From assembly GCF_000143415.4 (NCBI RefSeq), contig NW_003314262.1, forward strand, positions 4,834,389-4,898,388: a stretch of DNA of 64,000 nucleotides. The letters are read 5' to 3'. Position numbers and translations under genes: made by a program. This document shows, one piece after another, positions 25,921 to 38,539 of the stretch; position 1 is the first letter of the stretch, and each line of letters starts with the position of its first letter. The notes under the pieces were generated by a model, which saw only the letters and a program-made list of their open reading frames with translations, was not told where the DNA came from and did not search any database. Source of the DNA: Selaginella moellendorffii. Lineage: Eukaryota; Plantae; Lycopodiophyta.

Positions 25921-28060
25921 TTACAGTTGGAGAGTGGCGCTGAAATCTCCTGGGACGCCAAGTGGGCTGCGTATGGGTGGCGGAGTGGGCGGCGGAGTTG
26001 GCGGCGAAGTTACAAACTGGGTGTGTCTTGAAGTGGACGCCGATGCACACGAGCGCGATGCGAGCGCGAGTGGACGCTGATGCACACAAGAAACCTGTAG
26101 AGAAGGTAGATGAGCGCGAATGTGAGCGTGATCGCGAGTGGGAGCGCGATGCGAGTGTGAGTGTGCGAGCGCGAGTACGAAGCAAAATGCAAAACCTAAC
26201 CTCACACACGCGAAATGTCACGACGGTTGGTAATCCCGCAACGTCATCATTCCTCAGACTTGGGCGCCACCATTAATTTCTGGATCGCCGCGCGCATGCA
26301 TGCACGTGAAATCCAAAAGAAATCCGCAACGTCATCATTCCTCGGACTGCATGCACGCGAAATCCAAAAGAAAGATCATGATTGGGATATCATTTAATAC
26401 CCTCGCTATATTTATACCATGCATGATTGGATATTCCAAAGCATCTTGTATTTCCAAAAATGCCAGATGTTCAGCTAAATAAAGAATGGTATACAATGTC
26501 CTTCTTGATGACCCTGCAAAGAAGCATCTCGATCGGACACCACATGAGACCACACGAGCCTTACAATGTTTCAGGGGCATTTGCCATAGATCCGACCGTT
26601 ATTTTGCTCCAAGATTTTACAGTTTGGTGTGCATTGACCTTTCCATCGACACTACAAAGGACATCACAATCAGATGCGGGATCACAAGAAACCAACTTCA
26701 CTAACTCTGGTTTCACCAAGATCTACGTAATGAGTTACGAAATGAAAGGACCCTCTCTATTGAAATGTGTTTATGGTCCTAGGGGCATTGTGACATATCA
26801 AATGATTTTGCATCAAGTTCTGTATTTGCATGTTTATCAAGCTACTGAATTGCTAAACCCTAAACCCTCCCTAAATATGTGGCAAATGCTGCGTGAAGAA
26901 AGATGCCCTTTCTGGGCAAATGCTGTAAGAGGCAGATGTCGAGCAAATGTATCTCAGGCTAGCGAAGGGGACAAACGAAAGCTAGCTATAAACATGATGG
27001 GATGCAAAGAGATTACTAGGCTGGTCCTGCAAAAATCAAAAACCATAATTGAAAACATTGAAAATGCAAAAAGAAAGGTTTATAATATTTTTGAATTTTA
27101 AACAACCAAAGGAATGTAAGTAGGGCATGTGTTTGTAAGTTTAAAAATGCCTCAACCACTTAAATTCCCAAGTAAATAAAGTTGTTTCTATTTTTGGTAC
27201 AGGTAAACTTTATAGCGTGTGGGCTCATGCAATTTTAAACCCAAAAATGCACCAAAAAATGCTCGACTAGCATTATTCTTTGAATGGCGTGTGGCCTTAT
27301 ATTGCCATAAATGGACGTACACACACAGCATAATTATTCCTTTACACGGCGAATAATCTTGGTGCGGATCGCTGACATGGCATGGCAAAGTTCGAATCAC
27401 TGACATGGCACAGCTGGATCGAGGCAAGGACATGATGTGACAAAGTTTAACGTCCGACAGCAAAGTTTAGAAGCTATTCAGTTTGAAATTTGTCAGAGGA
27501 ATTATAAGATCTAGTTTGTCAAAGGATTTGATGTGACATTCAAGCGTGTGTTATTTTTGAATTCTCGAACTCATTCCTAGGTCTATCATTTTTGTCCGCC
27601 GTGTTCTTGGTTCCGCTAAGTGCAGTGAGCGCTGCTTGTGTAAGCGGCGTTGTGAGCTGTGGTTTATGCGTCTACGAGCGGTTGTGGCATTACGAGCGCC
27701 ATTGCGAGCGGCAGTTTATGCGAGTGGCAATTTGTGCGAGCGGCGCTATGAGCAGTTGCGGTGGTGAGAGCGGCGCTATGGTACCACTAATGGTATGAGG
27801 GCTCATGCCATCTTGGGGCTTGCAAGTTCATCACTAGCATATTGCCAATAGTTTCTTTACCTGCCTGTAGCTATGTGTTTATCAAGATGGCATGAGGCCT
27901 CATGCCAATTTTGTGAATGCGAAATTTCACGTGGGTATCAATAGCATGTTTGAATAATGGCATGTGGCCTCATGCTATTGAGGTTGTTTGGTATGTTATG
28001 ATTTAGGCTATTCTCCAATCATTTTTTGTATGGTCTTAACTTCTTTTCTACACTTTCAGA

Positions 28061-29275
28061 ATGGCCTCCGCAAGTGCGACGCATGTTCCCTCTGTGGATC
28101 TTAAGAACCGTGCTACATGGATTCAGGCAAAGGTGTTTCTAAACAACCCCGAGGGGGAGGTGGTAGCTGAGGGCTTAGCCACAGTTGTCGATCCAAGAGA
28201 TGCGGTTGCTAATCAAAAATTGGGCTGGATGATATTGGAGTTGCGATTTTAGAGGTTGTTGACACAGAAGAAAACAGTCTGACTATTGGAAGCATTGTGC
28301 GGTGGAAATTGAGGCACTTAGTGTTTGAGAATGTGAAGGATTCACAATCAAACACCACTACAGCTGATGACAAAACATCTCTTCATGGGAAAAGAAAGTA
28401 CACCTTCCTAAAGCGCAGCCAAAGGGATCTAAGCAACGAACCGAAAGAGTAGAAAATGGCGATAGAGGCTTGAATGGTCTCGACAGTTGCTTGTTGCAAG
28501 AGGAGGTGCTGTCAACATGCTGATTGGGATGCTATTGAAGAGGAGAGAGCAAGATACAAGACATTGTCTTGGAAGGCAGCTCGCAATTTTGTGTATGAGG
28601 CATTATGGTCATCTGTTGATGCTTCAGAACATCAGGTGGGGGGCATGGTCTTCCAGAGGGGTTTGGTCTGCATGAAGGCATGGAGAATCATTTATGGAGT
28701 CCCTCGAACTACATTCTACAGAATCAAAACTGAGTTCAAGGAACAAAGGGTTCAACAGGCAGTCCATGGGAATGATGGTACTCACAAAACTAGGGGTCAT
28801 GTTGTATATAGAGAGGCAATCTTCAAGAGGTTTGTCGAGACATGTAGTGAGTAGCAACCACATAAAACCCGGCTCTTGGAAGATGGAACACAAGACACCC
28901 AACGAGTTCTCCCCTCCATGTATACCAAGGGGGCCATATTGGAAGATGTGAATCGGGAACTCCAGAGTAATGGCTACAGAAAGCTAAGCCAATCTAGATT
29001 TAATAGATTGTGGAGCAATAGGTTCAGGGATGTGAGTATAGGAAAGTACTCCAGCTTTTCAAAGTGTGACGAGTGCACTGCTATCAAAATGGCTTTGTCG
29101 AAGAATTCTTGCATCGCTCAAGAGCGAGAGACCTTGGTTAGAAGGCGGCTCGACCACAACATCGAGCAGAGAAGCTGCAGGACTGCATATTATCATAACA
29201 GGATTCTCTCCATGGAGAGACCTGACTCTTACCTTTGCATCATCCACGACAAAATGGACCAGAAAAAAACACGCT
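28061..29275 (+). pseudogene. Truncated Sola-like DDD transposase
   Basis: VCMKAWRIIYGV...HGNDG...FNRLWSNRF..VSIGKYSSFSKCDEC...H...YLCIIHDKMDQKKT. Breaks off just after the first putative catalytic Asp; contains stops and a frameshift. Superfamily assigned from motif recall plus the 4-bp TSD. Confidence 0.7.
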
Positions 29276-29803
29276 CAATGAAAAAACAAATAGTGTGTGC
29301 GCTCTTCTTTAGCTTCAGATTCGGCTTGTTCACCTTGACAATGAGATTTATTATACAACCAAATGGACTCAGTCTTGACACAAAGTCACCGCGCTAGTCA
29401 CCATGCCCCAGATATGTCTAGCCCCTAGACAAAAAACATATAATTTCACGTCATTTTCAAATACTTGAAAATTTGTACCTAGTCCCATTTTACTGAATAA
29501 ATCCCACTTTAATGAAATAGAGCTTATCTCAGTTGTTATGGACCCTTGGCTAAAAAGGCTAGTTTGGGTGCATTGCCAAATGTGGGGGATGCCTCTAGGG
29601 TCATTATCACAACTTAAAAGTCTGGAAGATCTAATACTTATTGATAAACTTGTTAAAATGTCAAGGTGAGATCATTAGGTGATTTTATGGCTAAATAACA
29701 ATAAAATCTTGGTTAAGTTTAAGGAATAAAGTTTTTAGTTCAAAATATTAAGTGATCTTACGGCTAAGCAAGGACAATGTCCTTATGAGGTTAAAAAATA
29801 AAT

Positions 29804-29807
<4 letters not shown>

Positions 29808-29858
<51 letters not shown>
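29808..29858. repeat. (TA)n microsatellite
   Basis: About 25 TA units. Confidence 0.97.
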
Positions 29859-29860
<2 letters not shown>

Positions 29861-30281
29861 CTAGTTCAAAGTGTTGATTTGAACTATTAATAATGGTGTG
29901 GCTTGGTCAAGGTGACCAAGTGAGAAGAACACCTAAGGGAAATGAATTATGTCAATGCGATGACATAGTGAGTCCAAAGAAAATAATCTCTATGAAAGAC
30001 CCACGGGAGGGTCACATAGTTAAGATATGGATAGACCCCATAGCAAAAAATGCTAAAAAGATTTACTAAAGGTGAACACCATCTGGACTTGATAAAACAA
30101 AGTCTTTGCTAAAGAACCAAAAGGATATTTCAAGGATAGAGGTAGTGATTCTATATTGTTAGATGCAACAATTAAAGGATAGAAGCAAAAAAACTAGTGG
30201 TTAAGAAGTCATGGGAATCATAAGAAGGAATCCAAATAGCAAAATTAGGCCAAGAACACTAAGGTGTTAAATGCTAATAGA

Positions 30282-32098
30282 TGTGAGACACAAAATCCCT
30301 AGGCCCCAAAGTGGAGCCGGAAGGGCGCCACATGGTAGTGGCCGAAGCGAGAGCCAAACGAGCGTAACACGTTTGGACCAAAAGCTTCGACTTGAAAAGT
30401 CAAGAGTGGGAGTGGAACTCCCAACGAAGTGCTCGAGGAACGAGCACGAAGCGAGCAAAAGGCGAGGCTCCAAAAAGGGACCCAAAAGGACCAACACATA
30501 ACACGTGGGAGTGTCCGAGATGGACCCGAGATGGAGTCTGAGATGGAGTCCGAAGTGGAGTCCGAGGTGGACCCGAGATGGACCCGAGTTGGAGTCCGAA
30601 GTGGAGTCCGAGATGGACCCGAGATGGAGTCCGAGATGGAGTCCGAGGTGGACCCGAGATGGACCCGAGTTGGAGTCCGAAGTGGAGTCTGAGATGGACC
30701 CGAGATGGAGTACGAGATGGAGTCCGAGATGGAGTCCGAGGTGGACCTGAGATGGACCCGAGCTGGAGTCCGAAGTGGAGTCCGAGATGGACCCGAGATG
30801 GAGTCCGAGATGGAGTCCGAGATGGAGTCCGAGGTGGACCCGAGATGGACCCGAAATGGAGTCCGAGATGGAGTCCGAGATGGACCCGAGATGGAGTCCG
30901 AGATGGACCCGAGATGGACCCGAGATGGAGTCCGAGATGGAGTCCGAGATGGAGTCCGAGATGGAGTCCGAGATGGAGTCCGAAGTCGAGACCGAGACCG
31001 GGACCGAGACCAAGACCGAGACCGAGACCGAGATCGGGACCGAGGCCGAGACCGAGCCCGAGCCCGAGCCCCAGCCCGAGTCCGAATCCGAGTCCGAGTC
31101 CGAGTCCGAGTCCGGAGCCTGAGAGGGTGAAAGCCCAAAGCGTTCGTCTCCCAGACCCTGGGGGGTTTGGTGAGCTCCAAAAGTATAGTAGGGGGAGGAC
31201 TGCAGTGGAGCCAGTTTGGCCCAGGAAGGCCAGACCCAGTGTTGGGTGATGAGCTGACCACTGGGAAGTCCAAGACTAGAGTGAACATGGACCGACAAGC
31301 GGGGTAGCTTGGTGAAGTGTTCAAGAGCCGGCTCTAGTTCCCCCGGGAGATCGACTGGCCGATGCTCCCAGTCCAAGTGTGGGTGGCACTACCTACTTGG
31401 ATACCTGGTGTGGCTCAACGGAACCCGCTCTAAGCCCATGGCTAGAGCACCCAAGGGCAGAAGGCAAGGAGAGTACCCAGGTGGCTCGTGTAAGGCCATG
31501 GTGTTCCGAAATGTTGTCCCAAAGGCCCAGACTGTGGAAAGGAAGAGGAGCAGTCCTCTGGGGTAGTGACCAAGGACACAGTCGTGTGGTGAGGAAGTCC
31601 CAGAGGACCGTGGGACTTAGTGGTCGGGCCTGTGGGTCTCGATCTAGTGGCAGTGTTGGCAAACACGGCCAGGGGCAGAAAGGGACTTAGTGGAGACTGA
31701 CAGAGGGATATTGGGGAAGGCTATTCCCCTTGTCGGTGGGCATCCTAAGGATGCTAAGGAGTGGATCTGAGATGACCACTCACGGATGGTTTGCCTAGTC
31801 TTGGAGGGCCAAGACGGTGATGCAAGTGGTGTTGGACCACCAGTGTGACCAAGGTAAATGGGCATGGCCTTAGCGTAACAGGCCGGTACGTCGGTGATAC
31901 CTTGGGGTGTCGATCATGGGATCGGACACGTGGAGCACTTGGACCAAGTGCTAAGGTTGAGTGGCATGGATGCCATTCTCGGGGTTAGCAAGCCCCAAGT
32001 CCTGAGTTGGACTTATGGAAGTTGTCAATGAGACTCCTCCAAGTGGTCAGCCGTGTGGTTAAGTGACTAAAGTAAAATGGAAAATTTAGTCTCTTACA
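30282..32098 (+). mobile_element. Solo LTR, family C
   Basis: TGTGAGACAC...CTTACA, 1817 bp; perfect TSD ATAGA; no PBS or PPT adjacent. Confidence 0.95.
30513..31118 (+). repeat. LTR-internal minisatellite: 12-mer GGAGTCCGAGAT / 11-mer GGACCCGAGAT followed by GAGACC/GAGCCC/GAGTCC hexamers (present in every family C LTR)
   Basis: Direct reading. Same array at ~33130-33490, 42185-42760, 48170-48398, 48630-49185, 50184-50311, 56630-57115 and 62450-62955. Confidence 0.95.
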
Positions 32099-34150
32099 AT
32101 AGATTGTGGGAAAGGCAATATATTTCCAAGGATGAATTCTCAACTACTCCGATTTAGTGAAAGTGGAAGCTCCAATAGAGGGAGCGACAAGGTAGCCAAA
32201 TGATAGGGCTGAGGACAGCCTTAGCACAAATTATAATAACTAGAACTTAGTGCCAAAGGTGGCAAAAAATAAAAAAGAGGATGATGGTGTGTAGCGCACT
32301 TTATCTCCCCTTAAGCCAATTGAAAAAGGGGTAATTGTTTAATAAAAGAGCTCTTAGTGGCTATTTTATCTCCATTTATCCTTTAAGGTTCTAAAGATCC
32401 ATAGTGATAGTATATCCAAATCTCATCCCATGATCACATGCACTATATGGTGCCCTCAAGTAGAGAACTTCCTAGGATGGAGAAGTTGAGTTTTCACAAT
32501 ATGTGCAGCACAAGGTGATAGAGACACCTAGAAAATTGACTTCGAGAAGTCAAAATTAAAAATTTCAAAATGCAAAGGTTATATCAATGGAAATTGCAAC
32601 TACTTGAGAATGAATAGTGGGATTAAGATAGAGAACATGTCTTTAACAGGTTTAGCAAGGACTAAGCCAAAAAAAAAAAGAGAAAACCACCACAAGTGGT
32701 CGAATAAGTCTTTAAGTTAGAGAGACTATGCTCTTTAAAGGATGGATAAAGCATGGTGAGCCTTTAGTGTCAAACCATTGACAAATATTGGCTAAGTGCT
32801 AAAAGAAGGAAAGGGTAATACATGCTAGTGTTACTTTATAAAATGGTTTATCATTCGATAAGGACATCGAACTTCATCTATGGGTGGTAGAGTTGTGAGA
32901 CACAAATCCTAGAGCCCCAAAAGTGGAGCCAAAAGGGTGCCGGTAGTGGCCAAAGCAGAAGCCAAACGGGAGTAATACATTTGGACTAAAAGCTTTAACT
33001 TGGACAATCAAGAGTGGGAGTGGAACTCCTAACGAAGTGCTCGAGGAATGAGCATAAAGCAAGTAGTAAGTGAGTCTTTAGAAAAGGGACACAAGAAGAC
33101 TAACACATGATATGTGAAAGTGTCAAAATGGACCCAAGATAAACCTGAGATAGAGTTTGAAAAGGAGTCCAAAATAGAGTTCGAGATGGACCCGAGATAG
33201 AGTCCAAGATAGACATGAGATGGAGTCTAAGATGGAGTCCGAGATGGATCCGAGATGGAGTCCGAGATAGACTCGAGATGGAGTTTGAAATGGAGTCTAA
33301 GATGGAGTTTGAGATGGACCTAAGATGAAGTCTAAGATGGACTCCGAGATGGAATCAAGATTGAAACCAAGACCAAGTCCAAGACCGAAACCAAGTCCGA
33401 GACCAAGACCAAGATCGAGTCCGAGTCCAAGACCAAGATCGAGTCCAAGTCTGAGATCAAGTCCGAGTCCAAGTCCGAATTTGAGTCCGAATACCAATAC
33501 AAGATACAAGCTATTAGGTGAAAGCCCAAAGCCATCATCCCCTAGGAGGGGGGCTGCAAGGGGTTCCAAAAGTATAGTAGGGAGAGTGTGGGGTTTGGAT
33601 CCCAATGGAGCCAATTTGGCTAGAAAAGGCTAGTGTGACCCAAGAAGGTTATGCCTATGTGTTGGGTGATGATATATCCATTGAGGAGTCCAAGACTAGA
33701 GTGAATATAAATTGACAAGCGGGGTAACTTGCTGAAGTGTTCAAGAGCTGGCTCTAGTTCCCTTAGAAGATTGAATGGTTGATGCTCCCAGTCCAAACAT
33801 GGGTGGCACTACCTACTTGGATACCTGGTATGGCTTAACGAAACCTCACTCTAGCCCCATGGCTAGAGCACCCAAAGGCGAAAGGTGGGGAGAGTACCTA
33901 TGAGGCTCGTGTAGGCCCACAATGTTCCAAAATGTTGTCCTAAAGTCCCCAACTGTGGAAAGGAAGAGAAGTAGTCTGTAAGTAACCAAAGAGAACAACT
34001 TGAGAGACGATCCATAGGGGTTCAAATATAAAGTGAAAGGGCCCATGAACAAGAGTGCACCCCTTTTTCCAATCAGTTAAGGGTCTTGGGATATTTGGTA
34101 TCAAAGCCTCTTCCTTAGTTCTAGCAAAGGATAGAGGCGATTGCTGGGAG

Positions 34151-35300
34151 ATGGCAAAGGTAGGGTGTAAGCGAACCCAGGCAGAGATGGAACCTCTGCT
34201 AGAGCTGGAGCCTCCAGTCGAACAAGAGGCTATAGATGAGCAATCCTTGCATGAGGAGGACTCCAGTGAGGAAACTTCCAAACAGGAGTCCGGTGGTGAG
34301 GTTCGGTCGTCCAAGGCTCGATTGGACGTTTTAGAAGGACAATTGGCGCAGACCAATGCCCTACTGGAGACTCTTGCATGCAAGCTAAAGCATGATGAGA
34401 AGCGGAAGGAAAAGCGAAAGACTGCAGATGCTGGCAGCGCAGAAGGTGTGGACCTTCGGTAGGGACTGAGGCAAAACCAAACAAGGTTGAACAAACCGAA
34501 GTGGAATCAGTCCCTCAGGTAGTTCCCAAGTACAAACCAAAGCCCCCACCGGTCTTCAAGGGAGTGAATAACTATAAGGTGGTGGAGGATTGGTTTTACG
34601 ATATGGAGGACTACTTCCGAGTGTTGCGGTTACCAAGCTCGGAGAAGGTCCCATGTGTAAAACCATACTTGGCAGATAATACCAAGTCTTGGTGGAGAAC
34701 GACAGAGGCCAATGAAGGACCGGTGGCCACTTGGGAAATGATGAAGGCGAGGATCAATGCAACTTACGTTCCCCTGAATGCTACTCTACATCTAAGGGAT
34801 GAGCTGAGTAGGCTGAAGCAGACCGGAACCATTCAGGAGTATGTGAATGGGTTTATGGCAAAAAGGATATTTGTCACGGACATGGGGGATATGGATGCAT
34901 TCCATGCCTTCATATCATGTTTGCAAACCTAGGCTCGCGGTGAGGTGATGCGTTGGAACCCAACCAACTACAAGGAAGCGTTGGATGCAGCCATCAAGGT
35001 GCATTTCAACAATAACCTGCGAAAGGGGAACACAACGGGGTCAGGGTCCACATTTAGCAAAGGGGACAAACCAAGGGGAATGTATAGCAGAGGGAAATTC
35101 AAGAAGAGTTTCTCTAAGAATGAGTCCTCAGAGTTCCGGAAAGGCAAATCCGGTGGCTAACAGCGAGTATGTGGGGGAGTCAAGCAAAAAGAGACAAACC
35201 CATGGATAAAAAGGTCAAGTCGTATAGTAGCATGGGAAACAACGTATGCTACAACTGTGGTGAAGCGGGACACTTTTCAAGGGAATGTCCCTACCCGAAA
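34151..35300 (+). pseudogene. gag of Ty3/gypsy chromovirus (stops and frameshifts)
   Basis: KPKPPPVFKG...VEDWFYDMEDYF...KSWW...LSRLKQTGTIQEYVNGF; CYNCGEAGHFSRECP knuckle. Confidence 0.88.
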
Positions 35301-38022
35301 AAGGCCAGAGCCAATATGGCCATCAAGTTGGGTGAAGTTCAAACTGAGGTATGTGATCTAGTCCCTAACTCAAAGTTACTCATTACACCAGCAACTTTGG
35401 TAGAGAGTCGTTCGCGACATCTACTAGCCCTCCAAGGGAAGTTCGGAGGCAGCTTTGTTAAGATCCTTATTGACACGGGTGCTTCGGATAATTTTGTGAC
35501 TGCAGACATAGTCCGGCAAACCAGATTAACGGTGCAACGGTTAGGCGAACTAAGGACTATAGAGTTTGTTCAAGGTAGCCAAAGCACCGATGAGGTACTT
35601 CGACAAGCGAGAGTCGAAGTAGGGACATGGAAAGTAGACATGGATTTCACCGTGTTGGATATGGCAGGATTTGAGGTGATCTTCGGAATGGATTGGTTCA
35701 ATCAGTTCGTGATAGCCCTGCATGGACAAGGTAGAAACCTTGTGGTACTAGCGAATGCCCAAGAAAGAAGATTTAGGGTGGAGGCTTAGGATCTAAAGGT
35801 AGGGCAAAGCAAAGCCAAAGAATCCTGCTTAAACCTGGTGTCCACGAGAGGACAACTCACTAAAGGAACTAAGGCAGCATTTTTGTGCTTACTCTCGGTA
35901 AAGAGTGACAAAAAGACAGAAACGGAAGAAGTACCTTTAGTGATCTAGTGGGTGTTGGACCAATTCCAGGATACCATGCCGGAGGAGTTACCGGTGGGGT
36001 TGCCCCCCGCACGACCGATAGAACATAAGATTGAGCTGGTCGAGGGTGCTGAGGCAGTGGTTCGTCCCCCCTATCATTTGAAAGAAAAAGAACTCGAGGA
36101 GCTCAAACGCCAACTAGAGGAGTTGGTGGACAAAAGGTATGTTAGGTTGAGCAAGTTGCCGTATGGGGCGCCGGTGTTATTTGTGAAAAAGAAAGATGGA
36201 TCTATGCGCATGTGCATAGACTACCGGTTGCTCAACAAATATACAAAGAAGAACAAGTACCCTTTGCTAAGGATTGAGGACCTGTTCGATAGGTTGGGAA
36301 AGGCAAAATACTTCTTGAGGATTGACCTAAGGTCGGGATACTACCAGATCAGGGTAGCAGAGGAAGATGTCGAGAAGACAACCTGTCGAACTAAGTATGG
36401 GAGCTTTGAGTTTTTGGTGATGCCCTTTGGGCTGTGCAATGCGCCGGCAACATTTTCGGCGTTGATGAACCATATCTTTGTACCCTATCTAGATCACTTC
36501 GTGGTCGTCTATATCGACGACATCCTGATCTATAGCGAGACGCTAGAGGATCATGCCGAACACTTGGCGAAGGTGTTTGAAAAGCTAAGGGAACACAAGC
36601 TGTATGCTAAAGAGAGCAAATGTGACTTTGCTCAACAAGAGGTAAAGTTTCTCGGGCATGTGGTGGGCCAAGACGGGCTCAAGGTGGACCCGGAGAAGGT
36701 CCAAGCGATCCAGGAATGGGAGCGACCATCGAATGTACATGAGTTGAGGGCGTTTTTGGGGCTATGCAACTACTACCAAAAGTTTATCAGACACTATTCG
36801 AGAGTAGCCCTGCCCTTAACGGACCAAACAGGAAAAGGGAAGATGGTATGGACAGCAGAATGCGAGGCGGCATTCGTCCACCTCAAAGGGAAGTTGAGGA
36901 AGGCTTCCGTGTTGGCATTACCAGACTTTGGTAAGGACTTTGAGGTAGAAACGGACGCTTCGAACTTTGCGTTGGGCGTAGTTTTGAAGCAAGATAACCA
37001 TCCAGTAGCGTTCTTCTCGAAGAAGTTGGAGAAGGCTCAAAGGAAGTGGCCTGCCCACGAAAAGGAACTATTTGTGGTGGTCAAGGTGCTCAAGGAGTGG
37101 TGACACTACCTTGGGAGACACTTCAAGGTTTACACGGACAATGTGGCAACGAAACACTTCTTGTCACAGCCCGACCTGAGAGGGAAACAGGGTCAGTGGG
37201 CCAATGCCTTGGCCGAGTTTGATTGCGAGATTTTGTACAAGCCTGGGAAGAGCAACATCGTGGTAGATGTGTTGAGTCGAAAAGCGAGCTTGAAGTTGGC
37301 GATATCCAATGCGACAGCAACCTTTTGGGACGATGTGCGGACAACATATGAGAACGATGGTCTAGCACAAGAAGTGTTGCTGAGGAATCTAGAGGCACGG
37401 GAAGCTCACCAAAGAGGTGAGCTGCCAACGGAAGAGAAAACGGGCTATGCAGAACGCAACGAACTCATCTATTACAAGCGAACGAGGGTGTATGTTCCAG
37501 AAGGGGAACTAAGGAAGGTAGCCTTAGAAGAGTGTCATGACGGACCTCTTGTGGGACACGGCGGAGTGCCCAAGATGATGGGCTTACTCAAGAGGAAGTA
37601 CCATTGGCCAGATATGGCTAAGGACGTCCAAGACTATGTAAAGAAATGTCCAACATGTCAGCAGGTCAAAGCCGTGACTAAAGCTAGTGGGGGCTTGTTG
37701 CAAAGCATCCCAATTCCAGATCATCCATGGAAATGTCTTACAATGGACTTCATCACAGGACTCCCTCCAAGCGAGGGGTTTGATGCAATATTCGTGGTGG
37801 TGGACCAATTTTCGAAAATGGCACATTTCATACCCACCACAACGGAAGTGGATGCAGAAGGTGTGGCGAAGCTGTTCTTCAAACAAGTGGTTCAAGTGCG
37901 GGGAAGGCCAGAAGAGATTATCTCAGATCGAGATAAGATCTTCACTAGTAGGTTCTGGAAGACTCTCCTAGAACAGTATTGCACCAAGTTGAAATTCAGC
38001 ACAGCCTATCCCCCACAGATAG

Positions 38023-38069
38023 GTATTGGGTATTAAGTCAAGTTTGATGGCACTAACACTTCTTGACAG
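38023..38069 (+). other. Spliceosomal intron 1 in integrase (47 bp)
   Basis: AG|GTATTG...CACTAAC(38051-38057)ACTTCTTGACAG|AT. Removal restores AYPPQIDGQTERVNR (family consensus AYHPQTDGQTERVNR). Confidence 0.85.
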
Positions 38070-38487
38070 ATGGACAAACGGAAAGGGTGAATAGGCAGCT
38101 GGAGGATTATTTGCGATGCTATGTCTCGGGAGACTAGACCGATTTGGTAAGTCATTTGGGACTTGCGGAAATGTGTTATAACAACTCACCACATTCGAGT
38201 ATCGGGGTGAGTCCATGGGAAGTCATCAATGGGCGAGCTATTGAAGGTCCGGTGGAACTTGGCGTGGCCGAGTATCATGGAGAGCTACCCGCAGTGGAGG
38301 CATTCATGGCGGAAAGACTCAACATTTGGAATCTAGTGAGGGATTCCTTGGAACGGGCTCAACAAAGGCAAACCAAGTACGCGAACCAGAAGCGCGGGGA
38401 TGTAGAGTTCCAAGCTAGGGAGAAGGTGTGGCTGAATACCAAGAACCTCCGGCTACCAAGTGGGATCAGCTGAAAGTTGACCCAAAG

Positions 38488-38539
38488 GTAAAAATGCATG
38501 TATTCTTGTAAATGAATTGATCCTGAGTTCCTTAAGCAG
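38488..38539 (+). other. Spliceosomal intron 2 in integrase GPY/F region (52 bp)
   Basis: AG|GTAAAA...TTAAGCAG|GT, AT-rich. Removal restores KLTQRFAGRY in frame with the chromodomain ORF. Confidence 0.85.

Larger units (their letters stand above)
23122..29525. mobile_element. TIR DNA transposon, Sola-like, internally deleted, with a second gene
   Basis: 24-bp TIRs AAGCTCTATTTCGTTAAAGTGGGA / TCCCACTTTAATGAAATAGAGCTT (1 mismatch). 4-bp TSD ATCT (23118-23121, 29526-29529). The empty site is visible in family C copy 3 (CTAATCTCAGTTG near 60930). Confidence 0.9.

Noticed and set aside
23508-27978. CRISPR-like array from the 22-bp palindromes
   Set aside because: Irregular spacing (tens to >1500 bp), eukaryotic TE context and no cas genes.
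30267-31376. Long ORFs with MESE/WSPR/DSIS/LGLH repeats (also 42070-43038, 47976-49460, 56338-57395, 62157-63236)
   Set aside because: Stop-free translations of the LTR minisatellite, open in most frames and shifting frame between copies.
34440-35210. Additional introns in the gypsy gag
   Set aside because: The frame changes there look like small indels; I found no GT-AG segment whose removal restores a conserved motif.
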